Origin: Phoronis australis
Taxonomy: Eukaryota > Animalia > Phoronida
NCBI GenBank assembly: GCA_002633005.1
Contig: NMRA01000404.1
Span: forward strand, 352,085 to 416,084
Length of the DNA stretch: 64,000 nt
Reading direction: 5' to 3'
In this document: positions 14,601-26,823 of the stretch, in pieces
Numbering within the stretch: position 1 is the stretch's first letter
Layout: the number at the start of each line of letters is the position of its first letter
Notes under the pieces: model-generated
Told to the model about the DNA's origin: nothing
The model's input: the letters and a program-made list of their open reading frames with translations, nothing else
Databases searched by the model: none
Position numbers and translations under genes: made by a program

Positions 14601-17600
14601 AGGTTTTCCAGATAATCATGGCTAGACTTGATAAGTATGGTAACTGTTTGCCTTCACTACCAAGGACCCCAACGCTCCACCTTCCAGTCTTGACAGTCAT
14701 TAAAATACACAGATTTATCTGTGACACATTTTATCAAAGACCATAAGTCCAGTTTAACTAAGATGTTTGTAATTCCAATTTTAATTCACCTACAATTCAG
14801 TGATGTGACTCATAAAGGAATTATAATCTTTTCATCAGTCACATCATTTTCGCCCTTATAAGTCTAGTGCTCTCACCACTGTCAGAGCTACTGAGGACCT
14901 GATATCTGTGCAATTACTGTAATTGCACAGATATTGGGTCCTCAGTAGCTCAGTGGTGAGAGCACTAGACTGGCAATCTAGAGACCTGTGGTTCGATTCC
15001 CAGTTGGGGCTCCTGATTTTTCTGTGTTTATTTGACATATTTCATTACTGACCAACCTCAGCGTCTATATATTTACATGTATGAATGAATGGCTGAGATT
15101 ATTAATACTTAAAACAAAACTCAAAATAGACGCGCTACAAGAAGACAACACGCACAACACTAACCTTCGACTTGCAGGTGATGACAGGTAAGAGCTGCCC
15201 TCTATTGATGATGGAAACACAAAGCTGGCAGCTGACGCAGGACTCAAAGGCTTGAACACAATGGATGATAAATCCTGAGGAGCAGTAAATGTGAAGTCGA
15301 TGGGAGCAAATGACATCTCTTGATTGTTGGAGCGCTGGGTTACGTTCTCCGTCTTTTTTTTAGTTGTAGTCTGCGATTTAACAGCTTTTGATGCCGCAGC
15401 ACTCCTTGTATTCCTCTTGGCTGGTGCAGAGCTTGCAGAGCCTGAAAGGTAACAAAACAACAGTGGTCAACTTGTATTTTGATAAACCAATCAATGATCA
15501 GTGCTGTTCATAAACTGTGAAATGTCAGCCACATCCCAATATACCCAGTGCCAACTCAGATTCTGCAGTAGTTACCCACAATGCTGTGCTCCATTAGGGC
15601 ACTCATCCCAGATGTACACTGCTGCTGTGCTAATCACTATCTTAAAGTTACGCCACTGAATTCCGCAGACCTACAACAATAGTTCAGAACACCCTATAAA
15701 AGGTCTGAAAAGGGTAAGACAGACACTTCACAAAATATAGCTAAAAAGTGGGAAACTGCAATGTATTACTGAATGCATAAACTGCAATGTATTACTGCGC
15801 TACATACGTCATGTCATTACATGGGATTGCAAAGCATAATGTTAGAAAACACAAACAGTTCCACGTAATGCGATATAAATTTCAAGGTTGCCTTATATTG
15901 TGTCACATGATTGGTCAAGTCTCAAGTCTCTGGTACAATCTGCACGTCTAGCACCAAGAAGTGACGACATACCTTTCTTATTCTGTGCTGCCGCAAGTCT
16001 GGCAGATTGTCTGGTCACCCTTGTAGGAGGGTTCACATGTACTTCTGGTCCTGCAGCCATCTTGGATTGTTGCTGCTTCTGGAATCATAGTGGTGACCTT
16101 AACGTTGCATTGATGATCTCAGAGTTTCCTCAGCACAACAGTTGAATGCTTTCTATGCTTCACTGAATTTCTTACTTGGTCCTCAATGTAAATCAAACTC
16201 ACCATGTAAGAAGTCAAAGTGTAATATAACACAATGTTATATCCTTATGGCAAAAGTTTTCAAATATATATATATGAGCACACTACCTTCTAAGTCACTT
16301 AGAGCGTACAAACATTTGAACTGAACTGAACATGTCTTAGGGCACACAATTAGAAATTCCGATATGAAGATGGCGCATATATGAACTCACCGTTCCCTTC
16401 AAGTTGGTGTTTCCTGTTGGTGCAGCCTCCTCCACCACATGAGAGACTTTGAAAACTGGCTTCTTGAACTTCAACTCCAGCCTCCTTTTCAGTTCTTTTT
16501 CCTTGCGCCACTTATCCAACATTTCTTTCCTGCTGCACTTTTTCGCTACGCGTAAAAATAAAAATTGAATTGAAACACAGTTTCCCCTCATCTGAAGAGC
16601 CACCTTCCAAGGCCTTCATCTAGTGTGTGTTCTGGCCGTCAAAATGGACTCAAAATTTAGACATCCTGATTCACCTTAGCCAAGACGCCCTATTCAGCGT
16701 TCTCACATCCAAGTAAAGTACTAAGTGAGCAAATAAGCCCTTTTAAATTGCTACCAGAAATCTTGAGAGCTCATTGGGCAGCCTAGAATAAAGCTAGTTA
16801 AGATATGGTGTAAGTTAACTTATTGGACACTGGTGACCCTGCATAACACTCTATAGGCCCTTGCATAATGACTTAACTCCGGTCTGAGCGGAGCGTCGAT
16901 GTAAACAGCGCAGTTAACTAGACCGTACATACTGGCTTCGGTAGTTAATGAACATCGAAGTAAACAGTAGGTGACATTGTCGTCATCGAAGTTATTTTAA
17001 GGTAGCGCTGCACGCTAAAATTTTTCTATGTGACAATTTGGGAACATTTACATGTGCTTATTGACATCAAACCTATTTTTAAATCGATTGGTTATTATTA
17101 GAGCAAAATATAAGCAGCTATTAGTGATGGCACCACCCTGTAATTGTTGATGATAAGTCAGTGGCACCGGGTGATAACTTTGATTGGTACGAAGTTAACC
17201 GTTCATACTACACCGCAGCGTCGACGCTGCGGTGTTAAGTCCACTTGTTAACTGCAATGTTAACTGGAGTTGTTAACTTCGATCTAGGACTGGAGTTAAG
17301 CGTCCATACTGGCCCTCATGAAAGCAAGGTGACTTGGGGTAATAAAAATCCAATTTATTCTATGGACACCCAGATATTGGAAAACCCCATTTCTGAATTC
17401 CTGGATGAACTGCTATGTACCTTTCTGCCCATTCTTTAGAGAAGGAAACCAGTAATTATAGTGATTGATTGGTTCTGTAATAGCCAAGACTACCTCACCC
17501 GGGAATCAAACTAGCGACCCCATTAAAATCAACAAGCATGCTTAACCATTCAGCTAATAGGCAATTGCCCCTGGCTCTGGTGGGATATTATGGTGGTCCC

Positions 17601-18192
17601 AGTGTCATCCACTAAATAATGGGCCTGTTATTCAGTGATTGCCTGGTTCTCAAAATCAGGGACTGTTATATTCGACCAGTGCTATATAATCATAAATGCC
17701 TATAATTAGGCTAACAGAAGGTGTGTAACTGAGACTCACGATTCACGGGAAGCACGGACACTGGTCGGATATAGCAGTTCCCGAATTTGAGAACCAGGCA
17801 ATCGCTGAATAATGGGCCCGTTATTCAGTGGATGAAACTGGTTCTCAAATCAAGGCCCGATGTTTAAACTTAAAGAACTGCAGTGCTTCCAACCACCGCT
17901 TTTACACTTACAAACATAGTTTAATAAAATATCATAATTATTACTCACATTCTTCACCCTTGGTTCCCTTTTTTAAGCGATTCTGTACCTCCTGCAGTGG
18001 TGACATTTCCATTCCCATTGGGGACAAAGTCGAGATTTTTCGTCGTTCGCACACCTTAGCATCTCGATTGTGTTGCTGGGCTACAGATCGTTGATGAAGA
18101 CGCACTAACTTCTTATCGATACCCACTTGCGATTTACGTTTATGAGTCTTGATACGATCGTTTTCTGTTCTCTGTCTTCCTCGACGGTCCAT
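5668..18192 (-). CDS. DLGAP5: Disks large-associated protein 5 / HURP-like mitotic spindle protein, 17 coding exons, 923 aa
   Basis: Phase-consistent GT-AG exons: 17949-18192, 16391-16545, 15973-16078, 15165-15441, 14226-14311, 12539-12785, 11992-12059, 11285-11662, 10821-10981, 10064-10150, 9524-9704, 8791-8924, 8315-8388, 7801-7985, 7379-7579, 6533-6630, 5668-5757 (2772 nt). GKAP domain (YFRRLLVSETERL...GQIRTTIGQAHLLMNQRFKQF...DLQGFWDMIYFQVEDVDKKF), N-terminal motif RKEMLDKWRKEKELK...KKPVFKV, many S/T-P sites, C-terminal DLMVFSPL. Confidence 0.9.
5820..5926. repeat. 21-bp minisatellite, about 5 copies
   Basis: Unit caaagggtagtttgctgac(aa/ta), in the last DLGAP5 intron. Confidence 0.9.
6654..6690. 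repeat. (AAC)n microsatellite
   Basis: About 12 units. Confidence 0.9.
7074..7283. repeat. 21-bp minisatellite, about 10 copies
   Basis: Unit cagatcccctgatacttg(gca/gta/tca); explains the repetitive ORFs at 6945-7319. Confidence 0.95.
10064..11400 (-). CDS. DLGAP5: GKAP/SAPAP domain exons of DLGAP5
   Basis: The 3' part of exon 11285-11662 plus exons 10821-10981 and 10064-10150 encode the GKAP signature DLQGFWDMIYFQVEDV. Confidence 0.92.
10359..10626. repeat. 44-bp minisatellite, about 6 copies
   Basis: Unit aataaccagttgtatgaaacacactgggtgagggaccacaccac. Confidence 0.95.
14338..14402. repeat. 13-bp tandem repeat, about 5 copies
   Basis: Unit cagtgaccgca(cg/tg/ta), next to the acceptor of DLGAP5 exon 5. 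Confidence 0.85.
14861..15021 (+). mobile_element. tRNA-derived (SINE-like) head preceded by an inverted copy of itself
   Basis: A box TAGCTCAGTGG, stem-loop CTAGA-CTGGCAA-TCTAG, B box GGTTCGATTCC, T-run near 15017. 14861-14917 is the near-perfect reverse complement of 14919-14971. Confidence 0.7.
16856..17315. mobile_element. MITE-like element with imperfect TIRs
   Basis: ggccc...cttaactccggtc at the left end, gactggagttaagcg...ggccc at the right end. Confidence 0.5.
17621..17819. mobile_element. MITE, about 200 bp
   Basis: gggcctgttattcagtgattgcctggttctcaaa versus tttgagaaccaggcaatcgctgaataatgggccc. Confidence 0.7.
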
Positions 18193-18248
18193 TTCGAATT
18201 TAGATAAACTGCAAACTTGCCTAATGGCTAAAGACGTGAACTTCACAA

Positions 18249-18290
18249 TTCAAATTTTGCGCTGAAATGATTGGATAAAATTACTTCCGG
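18249..18290 (-). promoter_or_regulatory. G2/M-type promoter of DLGAP5: ETS site, CCAAT box, CDE-like element, CHR
   Basis: The minus strand reads CCGGAAGT (18283-18290), CCAAT (18270-18274), CAGCGC (18259-18264), a 4-nt spacer AAAA, then TTTGAA (18249-18254), about 57 nt upstream of the ATG. Confidence 0.6.
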
Positions 18291-20635
18291 TTATTTTTAC
18301 AAAATCTCCGCAAGGTGGCTCTGCCCAGTGTAGCACTTGGTACGTGACCGCAGCGTATCCAGGGCTCGACTTAACGATCGAGCTGCTGGTCGCATTTGCG
18401 ACCTGAAATTTGCAAATGCGAGCTCAGATTTTTGTCAGCTCGTATCAAGTCGTAAAATGCGACCTGGAATTTCCAACGGGGGCAGCGCACTGGAATACTG
18501 AATTTCGGCAGATGCGCGAACCCAATCTAAAATGTCGGGACGCAGGTGCCTCGAATGTTTGGGGTTGCGAACCTGTTAACTAAAATAAAAAAAAAACGGC
18601 AAACGGTGTTTGTTCAGGGCCTATGCGTTCTTTAATCACCCCCGACGAGCCCTTGCTTGTGAGCACCGGCCCGAACTCCCAAATGGTATCTGGTAAAATT
18701 TTAGGGGGGCCATGACCCCCCTAAATCCGCCACTGACTTTTGTAAATTTCCGGATTCGCCGAAGAAAAATTTCGGGCAACTGCATAACACGTGATAAAAC
18801 GTCACAAAAGAGCGGTGTTTCTACTAATTCTTAAGCGATCAATTTACGAAACTTTGTAGTGGACAAATAGGTTTATTTTTCGCGTAAGATGTCCTTATTT
18901 CATGTACCAAATATCCACGACAATATCCCTCAGTGATATTGCACTGCGGCACTGCATCGGTCCCGTACTTGTTAGCGCGCAAGCGGTGCTGGCAGACAAT
19001 CGTCTCGTTTTTATCGCATAAGACAGCCAATTGAAAGTGAAAATAACAACCCTATTAATCGCAAAAACGACGGCCACGTCTTTACTTTCAGTATCCAAGA
19101 AATTCTCAAACCCTTTACTTGTTTCTGGGGCTATACATAGGCGAAATATGAGTCTTTCACATGCTGTTGTCAACGTAAAGTGTAGGCCTACTCCAGCGAT
19201 TCAAGTGCGTGAACTCACACGTTCGCACCTCTTCAAAGCTGCACATCAAAAGAGAACAGCAACAGTCCTAAATGAAAGAGTATACTGTCTTGGCTCTGTT
19301 AAGCACCCGGGTGGCAGTGGTTTATTTGGAAATGAACTCATAGATTCGACCCGGCGGTTACAAAAGACCCGCTGCCTTACGATATTCCACGGTACCAATA
19401 TAACCCAGAACTGATATTTTCCTGTCCCCATGTTTCCCGAGGTCGAGGTTCCCTAAACCCTATATTCTATGCCCGTAGCCAGGTATTGCAACTAAACGGA
19501 TACTATAGATGCAAAATTGTGGTTAGCGACATTTTTATTCTTCTCTTCATACACCCCCCCCCCGCAACTTTTCGCTCCCCGGACCACCGTTGCGGTAAAA
19601 TGTAAAGACTCCAATAGAAACAACCTTGTTCGGCTGAAGCGGGCAATTGAAAACAAAATTATTCTGGATGGCTAAAAGGGTACAGTGTAGGTGGTAACGA
19701 TATAGAGAAAGTCACACCTACTAGATGGAGTTTGTCTCGCAAAATCGTATTATCGTAACGTTTCTTACCATTGCAGTAATAGTAATATCTTATTACCGCA
19801 AACACTCAGGTTAAAGACTATGCAAATGCCAGAGAAAACCAAGTTGGGTGTAATAATAACCATCAGTGTTAAGGAAGTAGTGCTAGCTAATACCTTTCCA
19901 CTTCATTAGCCCAGATCTACATCAATACAAAGGGCGTGATGATAGGCATCATAAAAGTTGTCTTGGGGCTTAGGGAATCAGAGCGGTGACCAGTGTCAGC
20001 GAGAAATTCTCCACATGTTAGGATTGCCCAACTAATGAAGCACGATTTTCTTGAGACTATGATAATTTTCATGTGTTTGTTGGTAACGGAAATGATGATA
20101 TCACGGTCAGGAATATTATGAGACTGGTTTTGTAAGAATGCATAAAGCCTTATTCGATTTTCCTTTTTTAGCCAGCTAAACAGAGCGAAGTGATACTATC
20201 ACGGACCTTGGAGTGCAGCCATTGCTAAGGTACCGTGGTAAAGTTAAGCACTTTAATAACAACCACAACCTTTGTAAGAGATTTTAAAAAATCCGACAAA
20301 GGATGTGGTTGTTACATGTAGTCATCAAACTGTTGACATGGGGCCCGTTCTAAGAAAACTAACTTAGCAAAGACAAATCTTAAATTTCAACCAATTTTAA
20401 AAGAGATCTTAAGTTTGACTTAAGTTTTGTCTTAATTTTGACTAATTTATCGGATGTAGAATTTTCAAAGTTTGGAAGTTGTGACAAATCTTAAATTTAA
20501 GTAGAATGAATTTAAGTCAGTTTCTTGGAAAGGGACTCTGGAAGGCCAACTTCGAATTCACGCCGCTGAGGTTACGTCGCACGTGCATGGGATTTCTTTT
20601 TGCATTCGTTTGATTCTTTGCTATGGGCAGAGACC

Positions 20636-20777
20636 AGTGGCGGATACAGAAATAGCCATGGGGACCATGCCCCCAAAATTCTCCAACATTCCATTTGGCA
20701 GTTCCGGGATGCGAATGTCTGACGGGCAAAATCCTGGCTAATATCCCCCCCAACTCAAAATCCTGGATCCGCCCCTG
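20636..20777. mobile_element. Short MITE (CAGTGGCGGAT...GGATCCGCCCCTG); inverted copy at about 28963-29105
   Basis: Terminal inverted motifs and a shared interior (gtctgacgggcaaaatcctggctaata) in opposite orientation. Confidence 0.7.
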
Positions 20778-21471
20778 CAGACCGTAGAGTGTTAACGTCT
20801 TTGGTATGGGATATAGGGTTAAGATGGGCCTTTTATTTATTACTAACAAAGTAAGTGTAGAAGAGCTATCTCCGAAAACTTCTTGCGAACAGAATACATC
20901 TATCTTTTGGAATATTTTGCGGCCTAATGGCTTCAAACATTGCTTAAAGGATGATTTCGGAAGCCGGCCCTGGGTTCCAACGCTGCCTTGCTGGTAAGCG
21001 TAACGTTAAACCATCAAAACGTTTTACAATAATTTGGTGAGCTTACGTTTCTCTTGAAATAATTCTATATGATCGAGCACCACCTGATCTCTAATACGAT
21101 ACCAACATCATGTACCCAGGACACATGAATTGATGACATAACCCCTGTGCGACCTTGTTAGGAGGGTCAGCCTTCGTTGCTAAGATTAATAACGTCATTT
21201 TTAAGACAAGGTGACCTTCAAGAAACTAGTATTTGAGGTCACCAGTCCACACACCTGTTTTTTGTTTTTTAACAAATACGAATCTTCCAGAAGCAGACCG
21301 ACCTATGGCGCAGTTTCGATAGATGGACGATAAGTCAATGTCGATTGCAAATAATACGGATACCCATATTTGTGTACTAGTGGTCTTAGCGGCTTAAAAT
21401 ACCCCCGCTTCCTACGCTTATGACAATGAATAGTCGACATAGATAAGAGACATTTGGAAGAAATTTTCTGT

Positions 21472-21545
21472 GGGACTGTATGGCTCAGTGGTTTGAGCTC
21501 CGGACTCGCGTCTTGGCAGATCCGAGTTCGAATCCTGGCCTTACT
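21472..21545 (+). mobile_element. tRNA-derived SINE head
   Basis: A box TGGCTCAGTGG, B box AGTTCGAATCC, degenerate stems. Confidence 0.55.
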
Positions 21546-22394
21546 GGCAGACAATCGAGCATTGCACAGAAGTGTCTCCTCTTCTTCTGAGCTCGGTCTT
21601 AATAATGACTGTAAGCAATGAAATGGATGAGAACCTGGATATTATAAATGCAAAGGCGATATCTGGAGCTGTGGTAATAGTTAAAAGGAAAAAAAATGTG
21701 TCAAGTATAATATTTGACATAATTGCTCAGTGTCACCATGGGAACAACTTTAGGAAATGACCATTTTACAAATTGAGTGGAATTTCACTCACTTTGCTGT
21801 GCACTGAAGATTGATATGTAACATTTTCCTGTGACATTGTCGGTGAGGAGCCGTTCTTATAGCTGGCGGACAAAGTGAACGGAAAGCAACTTCTGACGTC
21901 TTAAAATGCTTTTAACTTTTTTTAAAAGAATATGTCGGGCTTAAGTATTCTATGTGTGGAAAATTTAGCGTGCTTGTCCTGGTGGCTTGTTTCATCTCAC
22001 TGGCGAACATCTGATCACAGACAACATTAGTGCCAGTCAGATGTCTGTCCAATAGACGCAGCCAACTGGAGATATTGTTAAGGGGTTAGACACAGTTTGC
22101 CAAAAAGCCATAAATCAGTCGTTGTTTTACGACATTGACTAACTCACAAAACAGAAGAATATGGCTTTTTATTTCAAATAAGAATTTATTTAATTTTGAA
22201 AATGCTGATTTTGCGTTAAGCCTTTATTATTTTCGCGTTTAATAACGGCCCCCATCAAATTTCACAGTGACGTCATTCTAAAGCATAGGTTAGTGTACAC
22301 ATTATGTGTACAATTTTGAATTTATTAAAGAAATTTCTTATCTTAGATACTCCGCGTCAACTTGGCTTATTTCCCTATCACAAGAACATAAAAT

Positions 22395-24456
22395 AACTAG
22401 AAAGATTATTGTCACGGCGTGACAGTAACGGACTCTGCGCGTGCGTATTACTGGAATTATTATGGGAAGTTACTGACAGCAACCCGTTTACCAATATGAA
22501 AAGGAATTCTTTAAATTTGTAGGAGAAATTACATATTAATTTTTTATGACCTTTCCACTAATTGACCTCTTCCGGTGCATTATGAGCCCCGATGAGGGAG
22601 TAATTGTTAACTCGATTAAAAGTGTGGTTAATGCTAATAATCACAGATGTTTTACTTTAAGCACTTCAGAATACAAGATGAATGAAGTGGTCAAACTTTC
22701 AGAAGAAAAATGCACCTAATGACCCCATGGGTGCACCAAATGACCTGAAAATTTAGAATTCAAACTCAATCGCACTTAGTAAACAGATACGTAATTCTGA
22801 AGTCTCTAGCTCAAAATTTTAGTTTGCACTCAATGACCTTTGACCTATTTTTTCTGATTGGTTAGGCCTATTGCGAAGTAAAGTAGGGTATTCAATTGGC
22901 ATGTTGACTTACACCAGTGTGCTGAAATTGAAAAGAATTCCTTGAAAAACGTAAGAGATATAACATTTTGAACGTTACATGACCTTTGCACTAATTGACC
23001 TTATCCGGTGCATTTTAAGCATCTTTAGGAGAATTATTGCAAAGCCCATGGAAAATGTGTTTAACGCTGAGAATCACAGTTGTCTAACGGTTGACACATC
23101 AGAATACTTGCTGATTGAAAAGGTCAAATTTTCAGAAGAAAAATGCACCTAATGACCCCATGTTTGCACTAAATGACCTGAAACTTTGGATTCCGATTTG
23201 ATTTACCTGTGGCAATCAGACCTGTCAATTTGAAGTGTCTAGCTCAAAATTTTAGTTTGCACCTAATGACCTTTGACCTATTTCACCTGATTGGATGACC
23301 CGATTACTTAGAAAAGTAATTTTTTAAATTGTCATGTTGACTTATACCTGTGCACCGAATTTGAAAAAGATAGCTTTAAAACTGAAGGAGGAGTAGCATT
23401 TTGAAAATTATATGACCTTTGCACCAAACGACCTCTTCCGGTGCAATATGGAATATGATTATATAACCAATCAAAATTTATATACTGTCAAAAGTCATAT
23501 GCTGAATTTAAAGACCGTACCTGCACCCAATTTGGAGTTATTAAGCCCCAAAGTTGGTCAGAAGAAGAAGAAGAAGAATAAGAATAAGAAGAATAAGAAT
23601 AAAATTGAAGAAAACCCAGGAACAACAGTACTCTGCGCTTACACGCGCAGAGTAATAAGAAGAATAAGAAGAATAAGAATAAAATTGAAGAAAACCCAGG
23701 AACAACAGTACTCTGCGCTTACACGCGCAGAGTAATAAGAAGAATAAGAAGAATAAGAATAAAATTGAAGAAAACCCAGGAACAACAGTACTCTGCGCTT
23801 ACACGCGCAGAGTAATAAGAAGAATAAGAAGAATATGAATAAAATTGAAGAAAACCCAGGAACAACAGTACTCTGCGCTTACACGCGCAGAGTAATAAGA
23901 AGAATAAGAAGAATATGAATAAAATTGAAGAAAACCCAGGAACAACAGTACTCTGCGCTTACACGCGCAGAGTAATAAGAAGAATAAGAAGAATATGAAT
24001 AAAATTGAAGAAAACCCAGGAACAACAGTACTCTGCGCTTACACGCGCAGAGTAATAAGAAGAATAATAAGAATATGAATAAAATTGAAGAAAACCCAGG
24101 AACAACAGTACTCTGCGCTTACACGCGCAGAGTAATAAGAAGAATAAGAAGAATATGAATAAAATTGAAGAAAACCCAGGAACAACAGTACTCTGCGCTT
24201 ACACGCGCAGAGTAATAAGAAGAATAATAAGAATATGAATAAAATTGAAGAAAACCCAGGAACAACAGTACTCTGCGCTTACACGCGCAGAGTAATAAGA
24301 AGAATAAGAAGAATATGAATAAAATTGAAGAAAACCCAGGAACAACAGTACTCTGCGCTTACACGCGCAGAGTAATAAGAAGAATAAGAAGAATAAGAAT
24401 AAAATTGAAGAAAACCCAGGAACAACAGTATTCTGCGCTTACACGCGCAGAGTAAT
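22395..24456 (-). mobile_element. Non-autonomous Helentron/HINE-type element
   Basis: Subterminal inverted repeats actctgcgcgtg (22433) and cacgcgcagagt (24442); hairpin ttattgtcac-ggc-gtgacagtaa next to a CTAGTT end; internal repeats of about 432 bp (about 22547, 22979, 23411); AAG/AAT microsatellite. Confidence 0.75.
23576..24456. repeat. 80-bp tandem array, 11 copies, one stem-loop per unit
   Basis: acacgcgcag recurs every 80 bp from 23641 to 24441; each unit holds tactctgcgc-ttacac-gcgcagagta. Confidence 0.95.
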
Positions 24457-25884
24457 TATCAGCGGAACAGTGATGACTTTGAATGGCGCACTTTGGAGAA
24501 GGTCAAATTGTTCATTATGATGTGACGCTGTTTGAGTACTTACGCCGACTTAAGAAAATTAACAAACCAGGGCCCAGTTGCATAAAAGTTATACGCCGTA
24601 TAGCAACAATTACGTCGCATTATCACGCGTCAGATTGTTATTGTTGAACAATGCACCTGACGTCATGCAACAATTAAACTTATCCAGCGGATAATTTTTG
24701 AATCTTTATGCAACTCAGCACTGGAACTGCAGCTAAATCTGTCAAAATATAGAACTGACATGGTTAAAGGAAATTAATTAGTTATGAATTTTTTATTTAA
24801 TTAGATGTGATTTTTCAGTAACTTACACAAATTTCACATTTTTCCAGATATGCATCTGTTAAGGCGCTTGTAACAGAAAAACTACTTTGGTGACCCCCTG
24901 ATGATTTTTTGCAGATTTGCAATAATCAAAAACCAAAATCCAAGTCTGACTGTCTACTTTCTTTAGCTATGCCTATTTTAAAACGCGAGTATTGTACCAT
25001 TCTTGACTTTTCCGAGTTCTGTATATGTGGTTTTCAGATCCCAAAATATGACAGAGGTTACTATCACATTTTTAGTGTAAAAAATTAACATATTGACCGA
25101 GTTTGAAAGTCAGTAATTGTTTTTTTCACACGATTACATTCTCTAAGTAATTGAACGCAGAGGTAAATTAATGGCTTGCCAACATTAAGATCCCGAGATC
25201 GAACATTAAGATCCCGGGATCGAATCACCATGAGATTTCCATTACTTCACAGAACGTTTTTAAAAGGTATTGAAACTTCGTTACCATAGCATCGGTCACC
25301 ATGGTGATATTAGCGGTTAATGATGAGAATCATCAACAGCTAGCCATCAGTTGATGTATAGCTATATCACAAAACAATTTAAAACACACACAATGCAACA
25401 AAAATGAAATGGGTCACTGAAAAAGCATTGTTTTGACAAATGCATCAGCTGACGTCATCGACGCCACAAGCTTTAGGAGGAGTTTCGGAAATTGTGACAC
25501 ATCCATTTGAGAGATCTCTCGTGATACATGACGTCAACATCAAAGCAAGCGCTGGTAACTCATTACACTCTCAATGAGTAAAATTATGTAACCATTTGCA
25601 TGACTACCTAAGGCATATCTAGAGATTAAAGGAATTCTCTCATGCTATCGCAATTCACTTCACAAGGATTTGAGGATGTAATAGCAGTGAAATGTGTAAA
25701 CTGCTTCCATAACTACATAATTTTGTGACCTTCTATACTCATGCGTAGTCAGCTCATTTTAAAAAAAGATCCCATAAGTCCTATACAAAAAATAAATATC
25801 TATAAATAGTTTTAATTAATTGTTCTGTAACTAGACAATGTTTTATCGCTTGTATCTCTATCTGTTTTTGAATAAAGTTACACT

Positions 25885-26230
25885 GCTACCGTCACTACCC
25901 AACCGTAACCACAGCAACAATCCCAAACGTAACCATCATAATCACTACAGCAACCCCTACTACTCTACGGTAACCAAATCTGCAAATCTGCAACCACTAA
26001 CGTAACCATCACAACCGCAACCAATATCCATACGGTAACCACAACCACTAAGGTAACCATAACAATCACTACCACAACCGCTATCGCGACGGTAACCACA
26101 ACCTAAGACGTAAACGGTCTCAACCGCCACAACCACTAAAGCAACCATGACAACCACTACTGCTACGGTAAGCACATCTACAACCACTAATACAACCATC
26201 ACAATCACTACCACGACCAAGAGTACCACT
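25885..26230. repeat. Degenerate ACC/AAC/ACT low-complexity repeat
   Basis: Recurring gtaaccacaaccacta motifs. Confidence 0.75.
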
Positions 26231-26398
26231 GATACTGAAAATATTTTTGTATCTTGATCTGTCTTAAAATAAAGTTTTGCTACTACAAAAAAGTATTTTT
26301 ATTTGAAACCGATCTGTGTCTCAGTGCCGCCTTAAAATCCCGTATTTTGTTTACAGTACGCCCCCTTTGGATGAGTTCAGAAGGCAACAACGAAGTAT

Positions 26399-26823
26399 TC
26401 ATACATGAACACTGCTGTCTTCCACGACACCAGGTGATGTATTGGGAAATGTCTCCAAAGAGTCACGATTCATGTTCCAATTCATCTGTGTGTCGTCGTT
26501 AACTATTGTTTGCTTCAACTTTTTTGGCATTGACAATATCAACAATTTCCAGAACACATCTTCTTTCTTACGATCAGTCGTCCCAGGCCACTTGATGTAC
26601 GACACAGATTTGAGTATACACAACAAGTTTTTATCCACATTTTTGTGCATGTCCGTGATATCTTCGAACATGATCGGAATGATCCTGTGACGAAGTCGTA
26701 ACATTTCGTGCTGGGCTTTCTGGTATTCCAAACGACACCATTCGCTTTCCACGTAATCCGTCGATACAATTAACACAGTTCGTCTGCTCTGTTCAATCGC
26801 ATGAATGATGTTGTCTGCAATAG
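26399..26823 (-). CDS. TIR domain, C-terminal exon (constant exon 3)
   Basis: Acceptor ctattgcag|CT; [33 protein letters not shown]...IIPIMFEDI...YIKWP...FWKLL (box 3); TGA at 26399-26401; AATAAA on - at 26298-26303. Confidence 0.92.

Noticed and set aside
14939-15010. Functional tRNA-Ala(GGC) gene
   Set aside because: The acceptor and T stems are imperfect and a GGC anticodon is atypical for eukaryotic Ala tRNA; a SINE head fits better.
19870-20015. About 140-bp match to 43340-43478 as an ncRNA or exon
   Set aside because: No ORF, splice or structural support; most likely a dispersed repeat fragment.
23576-24456. CRISPR-like array of palindromic repeats
   Set aside because: The segments between hairpins are identical rather than unique spacers, there are no cas genes, and the array is a transposon terminus in eukaryotic DNA.
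25960-26229. Val-rich membrane protein ORF
   Set aside because: Translation of a low-complexity ACC/AAC repeat.
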